A DNA stretch of 64,000 bases, from NCBI RefSeq assembly GCF_011386835.1, contig NC_088808.1:15810001-15874000 (forward strand), in the 5' to 3' direction. A model generated the notes under the pieces. That model was not told where the DNA came from, searched no databases, and worked only from the letters and a program-made list of their open reading frames with translations. This document shows positions 14,038-27,457 of the stretch, in pieces. The translations under genes and the position numbers were made by a program. The stretch's first letter is position 1; each line of letters starts with the position of its first letter. Source of the DNA: Chrysemys picta bellii. Its lineage: Eukaryota.

Positions 14038-14714
14038 TACTTCAAAAAAGAGAAATAATATGAACGCTTCCATTTTCAACTTCCCTGAGTTTGGTTGGTG
14101 GGTGGGGGCAGAATGGGAGGCACAAGCTAGAGAGCGGGCAGGGAAGCTTGATATTTTGGATACTGGTGACCCAATCTTTCTACCTCCTATTTCCACCCTC
14201 CCGCTACAACAAGTCACTACAATATGTCTACCACTCAGAGAGCTCAGCAGCTGTCACCTGGGGTGGTGCCTCTCTACCGCTTTGGGAAGGCACGGCTGGA
14301 GCCTGACCCAGAAGTGTCTAGATCAGAAGAGTAATTCGGAGGGGAAAGATTTGTACGGTTCCCAAGATTTCCGGTGTTTGTTTGGGTTTTTTCAGTCTCC
14401 TGCAACAACAACGGCAGCCGCTCAGCTTCCTTTCTAGATAACCTTCTTCCTGTTACCCAGCATGCTTATTATCTGCTACAGACAGACTGGCAAGAGTCAC
14501 CGGAAACCTGATACCTTATCTCTACCTTCAAGGAGCACGTTTAGGAGTTGGAATGTGTTGCAATGGTAATTGACTGTATAAATACAAGTGATATATATGG
14601 ACATGAGGCTACTCCTTTGAGAGAGACAGCACCTGCTAGACAGGAACCAGGCTATAGGCACCGGGCTTGTGCCTGCAAAAAAACCCCTCTTTTTACATTT
14701 AAAATGTGAGTCAG

Positions 14715-14910
14715 AAAAGCAATGGCTCGGGCTCAGCCGCTGATTGGGGGTTGGGAGTCGTGGGTTCTACTCCCAGCTCTGCCACGGCCTTGCTGGGTTG
14801 TTAGCCAAGTCATGACCCCTTTGGGCCTGGGTTTCCCCATCTGTGGAAAAGGGCTCACCCTACATACCTGCCTTGCAAAGGATGTTAGGAGCATGAATCA
14901 GTTTGTTTGC
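14715..14910 (+). mobile_element. MIR-like CORE-SINE
   Basis: gggttctactcccagctctgccac...caagtcatgaccc...gggtttccccatctgtggaaa. Confidence 0.6.
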
Positions 14911-15653
14911 GTGGGGGTTTGCCACAAAATGTCCGGAGTCCTTACTTTTTAGTCTGGGCTTGGATTTAGAACCAGGTAATAGGCAAACACAACAATAAGA
15001 GTAAATAGGATTTGCAAGTAATAGACTAATTGCAATGAATGGACTCAGCAGTGAAGACAAGCTGAGAGCGCTGAACCAGAACTGATGAGTGACGGGAGTC
15101 AAGCAGTGCTGCGGCACTTCACTCATTTCCCTCTCGGTAAGTTACAGACATGCGTGTAGCAATCGCAGTAACCCTGTCTTGGTGGTGATGAAAGAGGAGG
15201 GAACAGAACAAGCCAGCTTGGCAGGGGAATGAGGGTAACAGCTGCTGGAGAGGGGCGGGGGTGTGGGTGTCTATTTTGGGCCAGTTCTGGTTGGGGAAAA
15301 TAGACGAGGCACTTGTGAAATGTCGGCTCTTGGGGCCAGCCTTGAGGAGGAGCCTGATAAATAATCAGCACTTCCACTTGCCTGCAATTTAGGGAGCTGG
15401 GGCAGGTGCAGAGACGTAGCTGGGTGAGCCTGGATGCCAGGCAGGGTAATTCCCAATGGTCGAGGGAGCAAGAAGCCCTTTTGCCCAGGTCACTTTCTAG
15501 GGCCGTCATTCAGTTGAGCTGCCCAGCTGTTGACTGTAACGGTGTTGTCTGACTGTACCTGCTACTGCGTCCCTACCTATACTAGTAAGTCACCCTGCCT
15601 ACATTTGCAATATATCAGCACTTGAGACTTCCACCATACTGACTCTAGACTAA

Positions 15654-15725
15654 GGCCCAGATCTTCAAAGGTCTTTAGGCTCTTAACTTTCACTGGGAGC
15701 TTAAATACCTTTGAGGATCTGGATC
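15654..15725. repeat. 72-bp foldback element
   Basis: ggcccagatcttcaaaggtctttaggctc pairs with gagcttaaatacctttgaggatctggatc (24/29). Confidence 0.7.
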
Positions 15726-15854
15726 TGTGACTAGAACTGCTCTTCTGCCTATACTTGCACTCTCGCTGTCGTTGCCAGAGTAACAGTACCTTGAAAAGAC
15801 ACTGCTACTACCGATGACTGGCTCTGCAAAATAATCTGTTCCACGGCATTGACA

Positions 15855-16205
15855 GTACATAGGAATTGCCAAACCAGATCGACTCCGGCTCATATAGTTC
15901 AGTAACGTGTCTCTGACAGTGGCCAGCACCAGCAGCTTCAGAGGGAGGTGCAAGAAACCTTGCAGTAAACTGATAGGGGATAATCTACCGCACATGAAGG
16001 TCTCATCCTACTGCCTAACAGGGACTGTTTTAAACCCTGAAGCTTGAGGCTTTTTATCTTTTCCAACACTCTTGTTTTGCATTAACAATTAAAACCGTGG
16101 ATATTCCTGCTATCTCTATGAACGTCTAAACCATCTCTGAATCATGCTAAATTCTTGGCCTCAGTGACATCTTGTGGCAATGAGTTCCACAGTTTAATTA
16201 CATGA
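15855..16205 (-). mobile_element. Old CR1 LINE 3' end
   Basis: Antisense CR1 3'UTR pattern: ctctgacagtggccagcaccagc.gcttcagag...ggcaatgagttccacagttt. Confidence 0.55.
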
Positions 16206-17920
16206 GTACTAGACTCCTGACCACTTCTGATGGTGTGTGTGTCACCACGGGGGGATTATGGTCATATGGACCAGGCCTGACAGCTGCTAACACAAACACC
16301 TAAAGCCAGCAGCACTTATTTCTGCCCGCCGCTGTAATCTGATCACTCCTGGGATGGGGTTGGAGGGTGAAGGTGTTGAGTAGGGGCTAGCTGCCACCAA
16401 TGATCTCGACCTTGTTGACAGCCTCAGTGGAGTCTAATGATTGAATGGGCCATGGAGGCTGAATTCCTCTTTCCCCCGGAAGAAGACAGAAGCACATTGG
16501 CAGGGCAGTGTGCCATACATTGATACCTGTGGATAAAGAGAAGGCTACAGTCTGCAGGGCTGTCCATCCTGCTGCGTTTGCCAGCTCTATATTCACTTAA
16601 GAGTTGGAAGGGAAAGCAATGCGTTACAGTAATCAATTCGGCAAGCCAGCTTGCCTGTCCCTGGCCCAGCTGTAGCTATATTTGCTTAGCAGTTTTGTTC
16701 CTTTATTGGCTATTGTTTTTGGAGGCCTTCCAGCCCACTGGCGATTGGGATAAACCCTTGTGCTGTTTCCAACACTTGTGTTCCCTTAAGCAGACGTCGC
16801 TCCCTGGATCAGGACAGAGAAACCTCTGCCCCTGGCTGGCTGGGGAAGGGCACCGTGCCGCCCGGCTCTGGCCAGAGCTCTGGCACGGCATCACAGTTCT
16901 CCCCGTCAGTGTTTTAAGAAAAAAAAATGTGAAGGAGTGTAAAAAAAAAAAAAAAAAATCCAACCAATCCACTCGGCATCTGCATCTTGTGATCCTGAAA
17001 CCCAAGAGCCCCCCTGACTCAGCAGGTTATTAATAACCCTCTGGCTGTCTTCCCAGGGCAGTGACTGCCAGACCCAGCTTCTCCTTCCTCTCCTCTGGGA
17101 CAAGGCAATGCATACGCCAGGCAAGGTTAGAGGTTCCTGCCCACCTCCAGGACCCTGGAGCATTGTAGTGTAGCCAGCAGGCTGCTGGCTTTCCAGCGCT
17201 GCACTGGCCGAGCCCTAGGGGATCCGTGTGGTGGCACTAGTTATTGGAGGCTTTGCTAGTCAGGGCTCCAAGAAGATTTGAGGGTCCATCTGTGTCCAGG
17301 AGCCCTAATGATGAGTCACTCTTGAAATTCGTAGCACCAGGATCTGTGCTTGTGAGAACACTGTGCAGCCCAGCCCACTGCGTTGGGACCCAAGGGGTTT
17401 TGGCTAGTGAGGTCACAGGAGCAGAACAGGGTTCTTAGGCACCTGGGTCTCCCCTCCTCTGCCTCTGTTCATCCTCTTGCAGGGCCTTGCTGTGTTCGTG
17501 CCCCTCACGCCCTCCCTTCGTACCTGCAACCAGGAGAACAAGACAGGCAAACCTTAGGCCCTGGTGCAGACGTGACCCTGCTGTTACCCGTGTGAACCTG
17601 ACAGGAGGGGATGTTCTTAACAAGACCAACGCAACAAAGACCGAAAAGCCCTGCCTCTGCCTCCCCCGGGCTGTGGGGAGAGGACGTAACCTGGGCTTGG
17701 GATAGTCTGGGTCTAAGCCCCAGGTGAACACAGTCTACCGAGGCACCTGTATTCCCCAGGTAAGCATTGTACTGGGGGTTGTCACAAACAGCCTCACCAA
17801 TGTCTTGGCTTATAGACAATATGGCTATATCCTAGGGAAGCCCATTGCCAGCCTGTGCCTCCTATTTGCACCCACACTTTGCCCATTGCCAGGTGACGTG
17901 GACTCCACTGAATCAGGTCC

Positions 17921-18643
17921 CACATACAGAATGGGAAGAGACTGCCTAGGAAGGAGTACGGCAGAAAGGGATCTAGGGGTTATAGTGGACCACAAGCTAA
18001 ATATGAGTCAACAGTGTGATGCTGTTGCAAAAAAAGCAAACATGATTCTGGGATGTATTAACGGGTGTGTTGTGAGCAAGACATGAGAAGTCATTCTTCC
18101 GCTCCACTCTGCGCTGGTTAGGCCTCAACTGGAGTATTGTGTCCAGTTCTGGGCACCGCATTTCAAGAAAGATGTGGAGAAATTGGAGAGGGTCCAGAGA
18201 AGAGCAACAAGAATGATTAAAGGTCTTGAGAACATGACCTATGAAGGAAGGCTGAAAGAATTGGGTTTGTTTAGTTTGGAAAAGAGAAGAGAGAGGGGAC
18301 ATGATAGCAGTTTTCAGGTATCTAAAAGGGTGGCATAAGGAGGAGGGAGAAAACTTGTTCATCTTAGCCTCTAAGGATAGAACAAGAAGCAATGTGCTTA
18401 AACTGCAGCAAGGGAGATTTAGGTGAGACATTAGGAAAAAGTTCTTAACTGTCAGGGTGGTTAAACACTGGAATAAATTGCCTAGGGAGGTTGTGGAATC
18501 TCCATCTCTGGAGATATTTAAGAGTAGGTTAGATAAATGTCTATCAGAGATGGTCTAGACAGTATTTGGTCCTGCCATGAGGGCAGGGGACTGGACTCGA
18601 TGACCTCTTGAGGTCCCTTCCAGTCCTAGAATCTATGAATCTA
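17921..18643 (+). mobile_element. CR1 LINE, 5'-truncated (ORF2 C-terminus plus 3'UTR)
   Basis: HTYRMGRDCLGRSTAERDLGVIVDHKLNMSQQC...[36 protein letters not shown]...HWNKLPREVVESPSLEIFKSRLDK, with internal stops and a frameshift. Ends in the octamer tail tagAATCTATGAATCTA. Confidence 0.95.
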
Positions 18644-20646
18644 CAGGGCATAGAGACCCAGTTACCCCATCATCGCATTCATGGGCGGACAGCACCGTTC
18701 AGCCTGGCAGTGAAGAGCACATTGTGATCAGGCCCCAGCCCCGTGTTAAGGTCTTCGGCTTTGAAGGACTACAGCATGATTTGATACCGTGGGTCAGGCT
18801 GGTCCAGGCCGCAGGAGTGCCCATCCTGTCGGTCCCCAGCTCCCTCGACCCATTGGATTTGAATAGCAAAGAGGAAGCCTGGCTTGCTGGTTACACAACC
18901 ATCCCAGCAGCTAGAGCTCTGATTTCTTTTCTTCCGCTTTTCTGTTTTGCCCTCCCCCCCTCTGGGTTCCTCTTTTCCGCTCTCCCTCTAAGTATTTTAC
19001 AACATGAGGGCAGGAGAGGGGGGCCAGGAGCTTAGGCTGCAAACCACAAACAGGAAAGGAACAGTAACCTCCACTAAGCCCTTATGCAATGGAGATGAGG
19101 TCTGCGCCATCTCCAGTACCTGACGGAGGGCATTATTAATCACACGCGGCTAAGAATAGAGCCCAAATCTCTTCACGCTCTCCCCTCACAGACACAATGT
19201 CCTTTCCAGCCCAGTGAGCCCGTGCAGGCTGCTGTACCACTCTGCAATGTTCCGGCGGTTTGCAAGGGGACCTCTTGGCCACAGCAGACGTTCCCAGCAG
19301 CCATTGCTCATGGGGATTGTTCAGACTCTCGGTGAGCCTCATGCCCCCTTCTGTTTCCTGACCCTCCCCTGTTCCTTTCCTTTAATTTCTTGAACATTGG
19401 GCCTGATTCTCAGTCTGTCCCCCCATACACACACTTCCCTGTGGTTGGGGCAGGTGCAGGGGAAGAAGGAAAAAGTGGTTTTAAGTCCCCTTTGTGCTCC
19501 CTGTATTCTGTGGCCTGACCAGCCCCCAGTGAAGTTAGAGCAGCTCCAGGGCTGCTCCAACTTATCTCCTGCCTCTGCCCCATAGGCTTGTGAGCAGAGC
19601 AGATCCCAAACACAGTGTGTTCTGGCCTCACCCCTGACATGGCTGGAGCACGGCTTACACCAGCTTTACATTGCCTGTACTAAGGTCATTTCCTCCCCTA
19701 TAGGGCCTCTTTACAGTAGCAGAGTGGTGTAAGGGGGCCTTACAATAACAGAGAATCAGACCCGATAGCTTAGTCCTTCCCTTCTGCTCCCCTGCTTCTC
19801 TTCTGCCTCCCTGTCTTGCCATTCCTGCCACATCTTCTCCAGTCTCTCTCAGCTTCCCTTCCTCTTCCCTCTCGCATCTGTCTGCTCCCAGTTTCCATTT
19901 CCTCCTCCTCCTCCCTACCCCTTGGGCACTGCCCCCGCGCTCTGCCTCGCTGTTCTGCTTTTCTCTCCTTCTCCTGGGCCTCTCCAGGACAGGATTTCCC
20001 AGAATGCTGACTCAGTCCTAAGGTGAACAAAGGGTCTTTGGTGCCCTCACACTTCAACAGCTCCCTCCTCCAAGCCAGAAATCCCTGGAGATACCCCATG
20101 AGTCAGTGAAGTTGTATCCCCTCAGGCACTCTGGTATTTGAAGCTGTGGCCAGGTACCTGAGGCTAGCTGAGGTAGGTGCTTTTCAGCAGTGTCTGCTGC
20201 TTCCATGCACTGCTGCAGGCCTCCCACAAATGCCCCCATGCTGATGTTGTTATAGGGAAGCTTCCTCTCAGAAAGGAAGGGCAGGAGGCTGTGCGGCACC
20301 ATGATGTGAACATAAAAACCCCCAAGGCAGGCAAGCCCCATAAGGGGCTAGTAGCTGCAGACCAAGGAAAATAGCATGTTGGCTACATTTAGATGATAAT
20401 GCAACCCCCAGAATGCTCTACAGAGAATGAAGCAGCGGGGAAGGGGGTTACAGTTCAGAGCACCTGCCCCTCCCTTTGAATTTGGCTAGACTTCTGGAAA
20501 ATCAGGTGCAAGGCATCTCCCAAACCCAGTGGCACTTTGAGAAACACGGTCTTCATTGGCTGTGCTACTGGGTAGTTTTTAACTATGGAGCTGGACATAA
20601 AAGCCTTCCCTTCACAGCCACCCTCTGGAAAATCAATGCCCCAGAC

Positions 20647-20835
20647 CAATAGTTTTCAAACTTTTTTAATTTGTGGACCCCTAACATATTTTGAATGGAG
20701 GTGTGGACCCCTTTGGAAATCTTAGACATAGTCTGCAGACCCCGGGTTGAAAACGACTGTTCTTTGGTAACAACAGCCTTTCACAGATTCCCTAGACGTA
20801 GTCCGTGGATGACCACAGGTTGAAAAAAACCACTG
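20647..20835. mobile_element. hAT-Charlie-like MITE, decayed
   Basis: caatagttttcaaac left end; ggttgaaaa..cactg right ends at 20759 and 20835; interior similar to 25945-26076. No clear TSD. Confidence 0.55.
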
Positions 20836-22669
20836 TGCTAGATCCAGCCCTGATGGCTAATGATGCACGCTGAACTGCTAACTTCCTGGGTTTTTTGGTG
20901 TGCTCTTAGGATGTGATCCCATCCACCGCTTTATGGATGGTTTTTGTCACACAGTACCCTCTGGTGGGGAAAGTGTGCACATGTCATATAAATAGACACT
21001 ACGGTAGCCAAATCCCACATCCGTTGATGTGACATCTCTTGGAAACGGTGAGGCCAAATTAAGGTGTATTTATTGATTACTTTAATAAAAATGTGTACAT
21101 CATATTGTCTCTTATATACACACACAAATTATATGTATTTGACCGCATCCTCGACCCCCATCTTTCAGACATCACTTGTCCTCATAGAGGGGGGATTCAT
21201 CCCTGCATTGTTGTCAGAATGTGGCCAGCAGGGAGCCATTGCATCTCTCCACTTCCAAGGCTGGCAGGGGCTAAGTCAGCCTCAGGCTCAATTTAAGGCA
21301 GCCCTGAACGTTACCCTAAATTGCACTCCGGGTGCAGAGTGCAGAATAGCTGGGGCATAAGAATGCTCTGGCCATTCCACCTAGGGCCCTTATGGCAGAA
21401 GAGGGGGTAGAGTTGGCTCTGCACCTCCCACAGAAGCCCTTTTGTGCCAAAATTATTCCTTGTTGGTCCTAGGCCAGTGCCAAAGGGGCTGCAGGGCAAT
21501 AGTGAATCGGACCCTTAGATTGTAAGCTCCTTGGGGCAGAGACTGTCTTCGTGGCCATATACAACTGGGAGTTATCAGCAGGCACGATCTTTAGGGATTG
21601 CATTAATTAAGGAAACACTGAGTTTGGAACAGAAGCTTACTTCTCACTTTATTAAAAGTCAACAGGTTGTGTGTCATGGTACAAAACTACTCCTTCAAGC
21701 ATTCCTTTTTAAAACATGGGTACAAAGAATGACTTACAAATCTGAAAGTTCCAAACAAAGATCTTTGCCTTGGGTTTCCTGAAATGAGTTCTTCTGTACA
21801 TCAGTCTTGTCCTTGTGTACATGTAAAATCACATGCTGTCTGAGCTGTGATTGCCTACTTGAGGCCATGATTTACTATGATGTAAAACACCGAAATGATG
21901 CTCAGCTTCACCTCTTTGGAAAGCAGCCAGCGTTCACGCTGGCTGAGTGAACTGAGATATTTCTGAATGGACTTCAGTGATCTTTCTGTAAGCTGACAAC
22001 TGGCTCGCAAGAGATGAGGCTGAGTAATCAGTTGATCATGGTTGAACTTGAAAGCCTACACCTGAAGGAAGTCTTGAACTTTTGTTTCTGTTGCATTTGG
22101 AGTTATGAGAGTTTCAAGATTTTGAATAATTTTGTAGCCTTTTTGTTCATATCTTGATTGAATACTGGACATTGTAAAATCAATTACTTATAAAATTCCT
22201 TTGCTGAATTTGGGAAACTGGGTTCATGTGTCCTTATTTACATTTTCTTGGGAACTTTTCCCTGGAAGCTCAGGCATTCCATCTATCTCCAACTTTACTG
22301 GTGGATTTGCTCCCAGAATAAGTCATCGCTTTTATCTGATTGGATGGATTGAACTCAACTAAGTGTTGTTTTCATACTACATTGGCCTTCTGGTGATTAA
22401 ATGTCTGACCTTTGCAGAGTTTCAGACAGCTTGTCTATCATGTTTAGGACTTTCTGACCTAGTTCAAATACCAAACAGGTAGCTAAACTTTTCCATTTGA
22501 GCTGCTATGCCAATGATTTGAGATCTTATTAAAGTATCTTTTTCGTTGCATCCTTCACAACTTCCCAAGTTGCACACAATCAAGGTAGGTCTCAGAAATT
22601 GAAGCCAATGCTTCTTCATGGAGAGCCCATCTTCTTGGATAGAGGACACAGATACCTAGTGGTGTATTT

Positions 22670-23103
22670 CAGGGCGCCAACTCCGTGGGTGCTCCGGGGG
22701 CCGGGGCTGGAGCACCCATGGGGAAAAATTAGTGGGTGGTCTGCACCTACCGGCAGCCAAGCTCCCCTCATCCCCCACCCCACCTCCTCCTCCCCCCTTG
22801 AGCACACCACGTCCCTGCTCCTTCGCCTACCTCCCAGCCACCGCCACAGCTGTTTGGCGGTGTAGCAAGCTCTGGGAGGGAGGGGGAACGTGGTGCACTC
22901 AGGAGAGAAGGCGGGGATTTGGGGAAGGAGTTGGAATAGGGGCAGGGAGGGGACTTTGGGGAAGGGGTTGGAATGAAGGCGGGGCAGGGTTTGGAAGAGG
23001 TGGGGCAGGGGTGGGGCCTCATGAAAGGGGTGGAGTGGGGGCAGGGACGGGGACAGAGGGTGGGTCAAGCACCCAGGGAAAAGCGGGAAAGTCGGCGCCT
23101 ATG
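22670..23103. mobile_element. GC-rich non-autonomous hAT element
   Basis: Ends cagggcgccaac / gtcggcgcctatg; perfect 8-bp TSD GTGTATTT (22662-22669, 23104-23111). Confidence 0.9.
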
Positions 23104-23366
23104 GTGTATTTAACACTTCATATTTTGTCCTGAACTATTCCAACTGTTTGGATGATTTTATATTTTTTGTCAGCAGTTCCAAGACTATCTCTCAGAATAG
23201 CATTTTGAATAGTGTCCTGGCATGCCAAATTCAAAGCATGTCCATAGCAATGAGATATGTAGCTTGTAGCACTCTGCTTGCTACCCTCAATACTCAGCTA
23301 AGCTTCGCATCATAGCATTGCCTGTGACAGTTGGTGTTCCCCAGAGTTAGACACAATGATATATAG

Positions 23367-23769
23367 CAGGGGTGGCCAACCTGTGGCTCCGGAGCCACAT
23401 GCGGCTCTTCAGAAGTGAATATGCGGCTCCCTGTGTAGGCACCGACTCCGGGGCTGGAGCTACAGGCGCCAACTTTCCAATGTGCCGGGGGGTGCTCACT
23501 GCTCCACTCCTGCCCTGCCCCCTCCCCTGAGCCTGCCACGCTCTTGCTTCTCCCCCGCACCCCCAGCCTCCTGCATGCCATGAAACAGCTGATCGGGAAG
23601 TGTGGGGAGGAAGGGGGAGGCACTGATTGGCAGGGCTGCTGGTGGGTGGGAGGCTCTGGGAACGGAGCAGGGGTGCTGATGGGGTGGCTGCTGACGTATT
23701 ACTGTGGCTCTTTGGAAATGTACATTGGTAAATTCTAGCTCCTTCTCAGGCTCAGGTTGGCCACCCCTG
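23367..23769. mobile_element. Non-autonomous hAT (Charlie-like) element
   Basis: Perfect 17-bp TIR CAGGGGTGGCCAACCTG; 8-bp TSD atatatag / atgtatag (7/8). Confidence 0.9.
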
Positions 23770-25047
23770 ATGTATAGCTAATTACTGGTATGATTACCTC
23801 AGTGGATGTACAGGCCATATTGTTTGCGAAGAGTTGATTGTACAAGCCATTCATGTCATCACCCACATAACACAGGCAATTGCAATTGCTTTTTGTTGGA
23901 GAAAAATGTTATTTAATTTACCATAATTGTATAGCCTTGATCATTGTATACCACTTCCCAGAAACTCCCTCAGAAATCCCCCTCAATGCCATTGAGACAC
24001 AATTTCCATTGTTTCATTTGGAATAACTGGACTTGTGAATTTGTCTTCACTCTTTTTCAGCCACTTTGAAGTATTGATCGTATTCTGCAGCAAACAAAGC
24101 AGATGAATAAAGTTGCAGTCAACCTCTCCGCTTACGGGTATATTTTCAGCTTGTTTAGTATAATGGCCTCTCAGTGCAAGACCTTGGCTGGCAAGACATG
24201 TACTACTAGAATTTTCATTAGGATCTTCCTGTGCTCTTCTGAGAGAACTGAAAACTTAGCATGTCACCACCAGCTTTCTTTGTGGTCATTTGAAGCATTT
24301 CAGCTGCTTTGTGGTGACACGAAGAAGTTTGGTGCCTCTCAAATTTGTCTCGAGCCTTTTTTCCAATTAGGGAATTCAGACTTTGTGAAAGTTTCACCTG
24401 TGCACTTAGTCAAAAGTATTTTGCATCTAAAAGGCTGTACAACAGAAGCAACGAAGTGCTCCGTCACTAACTTCAAAACAATGGAGCCATTGATAGTCAT
24501 CAACCAGGATGAGCAGGAAGAACAGCCCTTTTTTCTAAAGCAACACAGGAGGAAAGACTTACGTCATGAAGTAGTTGACCAGGTGTCTCAGAAGTACCGA
24601 CAGTATCAGGTAACTGGCATTTGGTTCTTGTTGAGGGGACGACAGAGAGAGGTCAGTGTTATAACTCCAGGAGTAAATCCAATTGTTGGAAGCCTAGTAG
24701 CTTCCTCTTATTTAATCATGTTATTTCATGTTAGCATCTTGAAAATGGACACTTGGGTTTTGTGCTTCGCTCAGTCACTGCTCGCTTAGGAAGAATGATG
24801 TGGGGTTTCAGAATTCAAAAACATACTCTGGCAACCTCAAACATTGAGCTGACTTCTTGGTTTTATACAGTCACTACTTTCTTTGTAGGGCAGTCTAGAA
24901 TGTGGTAGAGTGAAGAAAGGGAACAGCCAACACTTGATCTGTGGATTACACTGGGAAATAATTGCTTTTATGTCTTGCTTTTGTAACTGTAACATGCTGC
25001 AGGGGATACGCAGTGTTGGGAACCACTGTGTTACTCTTCTACCTTAG

Positions 25048-25667
<620 letters not shown>

Positions 25668-25944
25668 CCAGACTCCTCAAGCCTCTCACAGCCCGAACCT
25701 TGCCTAGCAGATAACAGTTGTGAACTCCAGCCCTGAGCTCCTCAGAGACATTTCTCTGCAATGCACAGCCCCTGTCACTGGTCATTCACAGGTGGTATGG
25801 AGTTTGCTGCTCTTTTAAAGAGTCAGTACGTTGCAGCTCATTAACTTAACTGGGGCAAATACACGCTTCTCTTCAAGCACAGCACTGAGTTGGTTTATAG
25901 TAAAAAATAAAACAAGTTTATTAACAAAAGGACATAGGCTAAGG

Positions 25945-26076
25945 CAGTGGTTCTCACCCTTTTTTCATTTGCAGACCCCTAAACATTTTTGAATGGAGGT
26001 GCAGACCCCTTTACAAATCTTAGACATAATCTGTGAACCTCCCAGTGGTCTGTGGACCACATCTTGAGAACCACTG
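25945..26076. mobile_element. hAT-Charlie MITE, 132 bp
   Basis: TIR CAGTGGTTCTCA / TGAGAACCACTG; perfect 8-bp TSD GGCTAAGG (25937-25944, 26077-26084). Confidence 0.92.
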
Positions 26077-26721
26077 GGCTAAGGGATACCAAGTAGCAGG
26101 AGTAAAGGTAGAAATAGTTACAAACAAATAAAAGTGAAAACACACATCTCACAGACTAAAACAACCTCACAAGATGCAATCTTTGGTTAAGATGGTTTCT
26201 CTCCTTTCTCCCAGTCTCCTTTCCAGCCTGTCCAGGATCCATCAAAGATCAGATCACTTGGTTCCTTTGTTTCCTAAGATGAAGCATCAAGATGGAGTCT
26301 CTCTCTCTCTGTTCCTGATATCCCCAAAGGGAGTGTCTTTGTCTTACAAGTCAGGAAGCCCTCTTGGGTGCTCAGGTTGGCTCTGCTTGCTGTGCCCCCA
26401 GCGAGCTGATCCCATGTCAATGTTGTATCTCCTGTGATTTTACAGTGCATGTCCTTCCTACAACCGCCAATACAAATGAATTGTCCATGTCTCTGGTCAC
26501 ATCTGGCTCAGTTAGCCTCCAAGCCAGAGACGTTTGCCTTCCCCTTTGTCTTGAAAAAAAATGATATGCCTCCTTTGTCTGTTTACAGTCTCCAAAACAT
26601 AATATCAGTGAGTATTAATAATTTCACCTACAGTGTTGTTACAAACATTTCACAAGGAGGGGCAGGGGCGGGGCTAGGGTGGGGCTCCTCCCGTCCTCTT
26701 TTTTGCTTGCTGAAATATGGT

Positions 26722-27457
26722 AACCCTATATTCAGGGGATACCATCATAAGATCTAACCACATCAGCCACGCCATCAGGGGCTCATTCACCTGCACATCT
26801 ACCAATGTGATATATGCCATCATGTGCCAGCAATGCCCCTCTGCCATGTACAATGGCCAAACTGGACAGTCTTTACGCAAAAGAATAAATGGACACAAAT
26901 TAGACATCAAGAATTATAACATTCAAAAACCAGTTGGAGAACACTTCAACCTCCCTGGACACTCAATTACAGACCTAAAAGTCACAATTCTTCAACAACA
27001 AAAAATCAAAAACAGACTCCAATGAGAAACTGCAGAACTGGAAATAATTTGCAAACTGGACACCATTAAATTAGGCTTGAATAAAGACTGGGAGTGGATG
27101 GGTCATTACACAAACTAAAAACTATTTTCCAATGCTAATTTTCCCCTACTGTTACTCACACCTTCTTGTCAACTGTTTGAAATGGGCCATCCTGATTATC
27201 ACTACAAATTTTTTTTTCTCCTGCTGATAATAGCCCACCTTAATTGACTAGTCTCGTTACAGTTGGTATGGCAACCCCCATTTTTTCATGTTCTCTGTAT
27301 ATATATACCTACTGTATTTTCCACTGCATGCATTGGATGAAGTGGGTTTTAGCCCACAAAAGCTTATGCCCAAATAAATGTGTTAGTCTCTAAGGTGCCA
27401 CAAGTTCTCCTCGTTCTTTTTGCTGATACAGACGAACACGGCTACCCCTCTGAAACC
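26722..27457 (+). mobile_element. Penelope-like retroelement 3' portion (GIY-YIG endonuclease plus pseudo-LTR)
   Basis: GSFTCTSTNVIYAIMCQQCPSAMYNGQTGQSLRKRINGHK...VGEHFNLPGHS, premature TGA at 27023-27025, native stop near 27118; 3' region carries a hammerhead-like motif. Confidence 0.9.
27330..27369 (+). ncRNA. Degenerate minimal hammerhead ribozyme motif (core mutated)
   Basis: GCAT-TGGATGA-A-GTGGGT-TTTA-GCCCAC-AAAA-GCTT-ATGC: stems intact, CUGANGA and GAAA boxes mutated. Confidence 0.7.

Larger units (their letters stand above)
21740..24800 (-). mobile_element. Fossil hAT (Tip100/ZMYM1-like) transposase, interrupted by two MITEs
   Basis: Manual minus-strand translation gives ordered motifs: TTF-type Zn finger (DDYQWLHCFEVSDGALRCFCC; FPNWKK; KFERHQTSSCHH), GLALRGH, FTSPVIPNETMEIV, CHRQCYDA, HCYGHALNLACQDT, LGQKVLNMIDKLSETLQ, LHVHKDKTD, SGNPRQRSLFGTF. 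Many stops and frameshifts. Confidence 0.8.

Noticed and set aside
21106-21121. Resemblance to the Tn5/Nextera mosaic end (VYKRQ peptide)
   Set aside because: Only 11 contiguous bases match and there is a 2-nt insertion; consistent with chance in a TA/CA-rich tract.
22616-23133. Pro/Gly-rich ORFs here and at 52702-53268
   Set aside because: Products of C/G-run interiors of non-autonomous transposons.
24103-24789. 228-aa plus-strand ORF as a novel gene
   Set aside because: Lies antisense to the decayed hAT transposase, which explains the region; no recognisable domain.
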